From the NCBI GenBank assembly GCA_030265395.1, contig JARFYF010000050.1, positions 17,667,051-17,731,050 of the forward strand: DNA of 64,000 nt, written 5' to 3'. Positions 63,153 through 64,000 of the stretch are shown here, piece after piece. Under the pieces are notes generated by a model, which searched no databases, was not told the origin of the DNA, and worked only from the letters and a program-made list of their open reading frames with translations. The translations under genes were made by a program, and so were the position numbers. Within the stretch, counting starts at the first letter, position 1; each line of letters starts with the position of its first letter. This DNA comes from Rhina ancylostomus. Lineage: Eukaryota.

Positions 63153-64000
63153 TTGACTCTACCCTCTATGTTTGCAGTTGCTGTCACAGTATTTTCTATT
63201 CCCTTCAAACTCTCACAATTCCTCCAAAGCCACACAGCTGGTGAGTAGTCCCATGCGCTAGCTACCTAATTAGAAAGTTAAGCTCCCCCGCTTTCTGTAA
63301 CTTCAGTATTTGTCTATGATCAGAATGGCTAACGCTTACCTACTCTCCAGTGCACTTAGTCAACTTTGTCATGGCCATTGGATTGTTACATCGTGANNNN
63401 NNNNNNNNNNNNNNNNNNNNNNNNNNNNNNNNNNNNNNNNNNNNNNNNNNNNNNNNNNNNNNNNNNNNNNNNNNNNNNNNNNNNNNNNNNNNNNNNCATG
63501 GTGGAATACTATAGGATATTAGGACCATCATCCTTAGGAATCTGTGGCATTCTTGAGAAATGTGTTAGACAATAGAAACCCAGCAGTCGTGTCAAACACA
63601 GAGGTCCAGCAGATTAATTATGGAAATTTGGTGGTGTCAGTACAGAGCCAATGACTCCACACCACCATCTAAAAAAGGGCCTGTTGTCCACAAGATTCTT
63701 GGTGCTTAAGGAGTTCTAGAATGGAGAAGCCAGTTTTGGATGAAAGGTGAGAAGAATATATAATTTCATAAAACTTCTTTGAAATGCCAGGCTAGAGTCA
63801 GCTCCCTTTGAATATTTAGTATTGGTAATAGATTTGACACATCTTCTCAGTATAATGTGGCTGGAGCAAGATGAGACGGGATGCAGAACATTCTAATTAC
63901 AGTGAGGGTCGTAGCAGAATCCAAAAAGAGAAAGTAGAAGAAGGTGAGTGCACAGTGAGGGTCCAGGAAGTGAAGCTGGAGAAGAACGGCATAGCAGCTG

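Noticed and set aside
63560-64000. Possible old minus-strand Penelope remnant; likewise 23490-24100
   Set aside because: Only vague motif resemblance, too decayed to support by eye.

Overview
Eukaryotic, AT-rich genomic DNA from a draft assembly with many N gaps. The repeat repertoire points to a cartilaginous fish, possibly a ray: CR1/HER1-type LINEs, HE1-like V-SINEs, Deu-domain SINEs, Penelope, Rex1/Babar and Tx1. The window lies inside the + strand gene SDK2 (sidekick-2, an Ig-superfamily adhesion molecule). Two short coding exons missed by the ORF track were read by hand: 46312-46418 (107 bp) and 57419-57566 (148 bp). Both have AG/GT sites, splice in frame, and encode the second half of Ig1 and the first half of Ig2. 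The rest appears to be intron, and most listed ORFs are spurious or transposon debris. I found no evidence of a new multi-gene system. The most unusual signals are: (i) four short fold-back Penelope-LTR-derived mini-elements with decayed hammerhead-like cores, three with apparent target-site duplications; (ii) a perfect 51-bp inverted repeat at 12937-13401 with an abutting hairpin; (iii) a SINE bracketed by an inverted copy of its own tail, plus V-SINEs carrying two different LINE tails; (iv) a cryptic Harbinger transposon fossil (Myb/SANT gene plus possible transposase); (v) a CR1 ending about 33 nt before the SDK2 exon acceptor. All family assignments are from remembered motifs, not database searches, and repeat boundaries are approximate.
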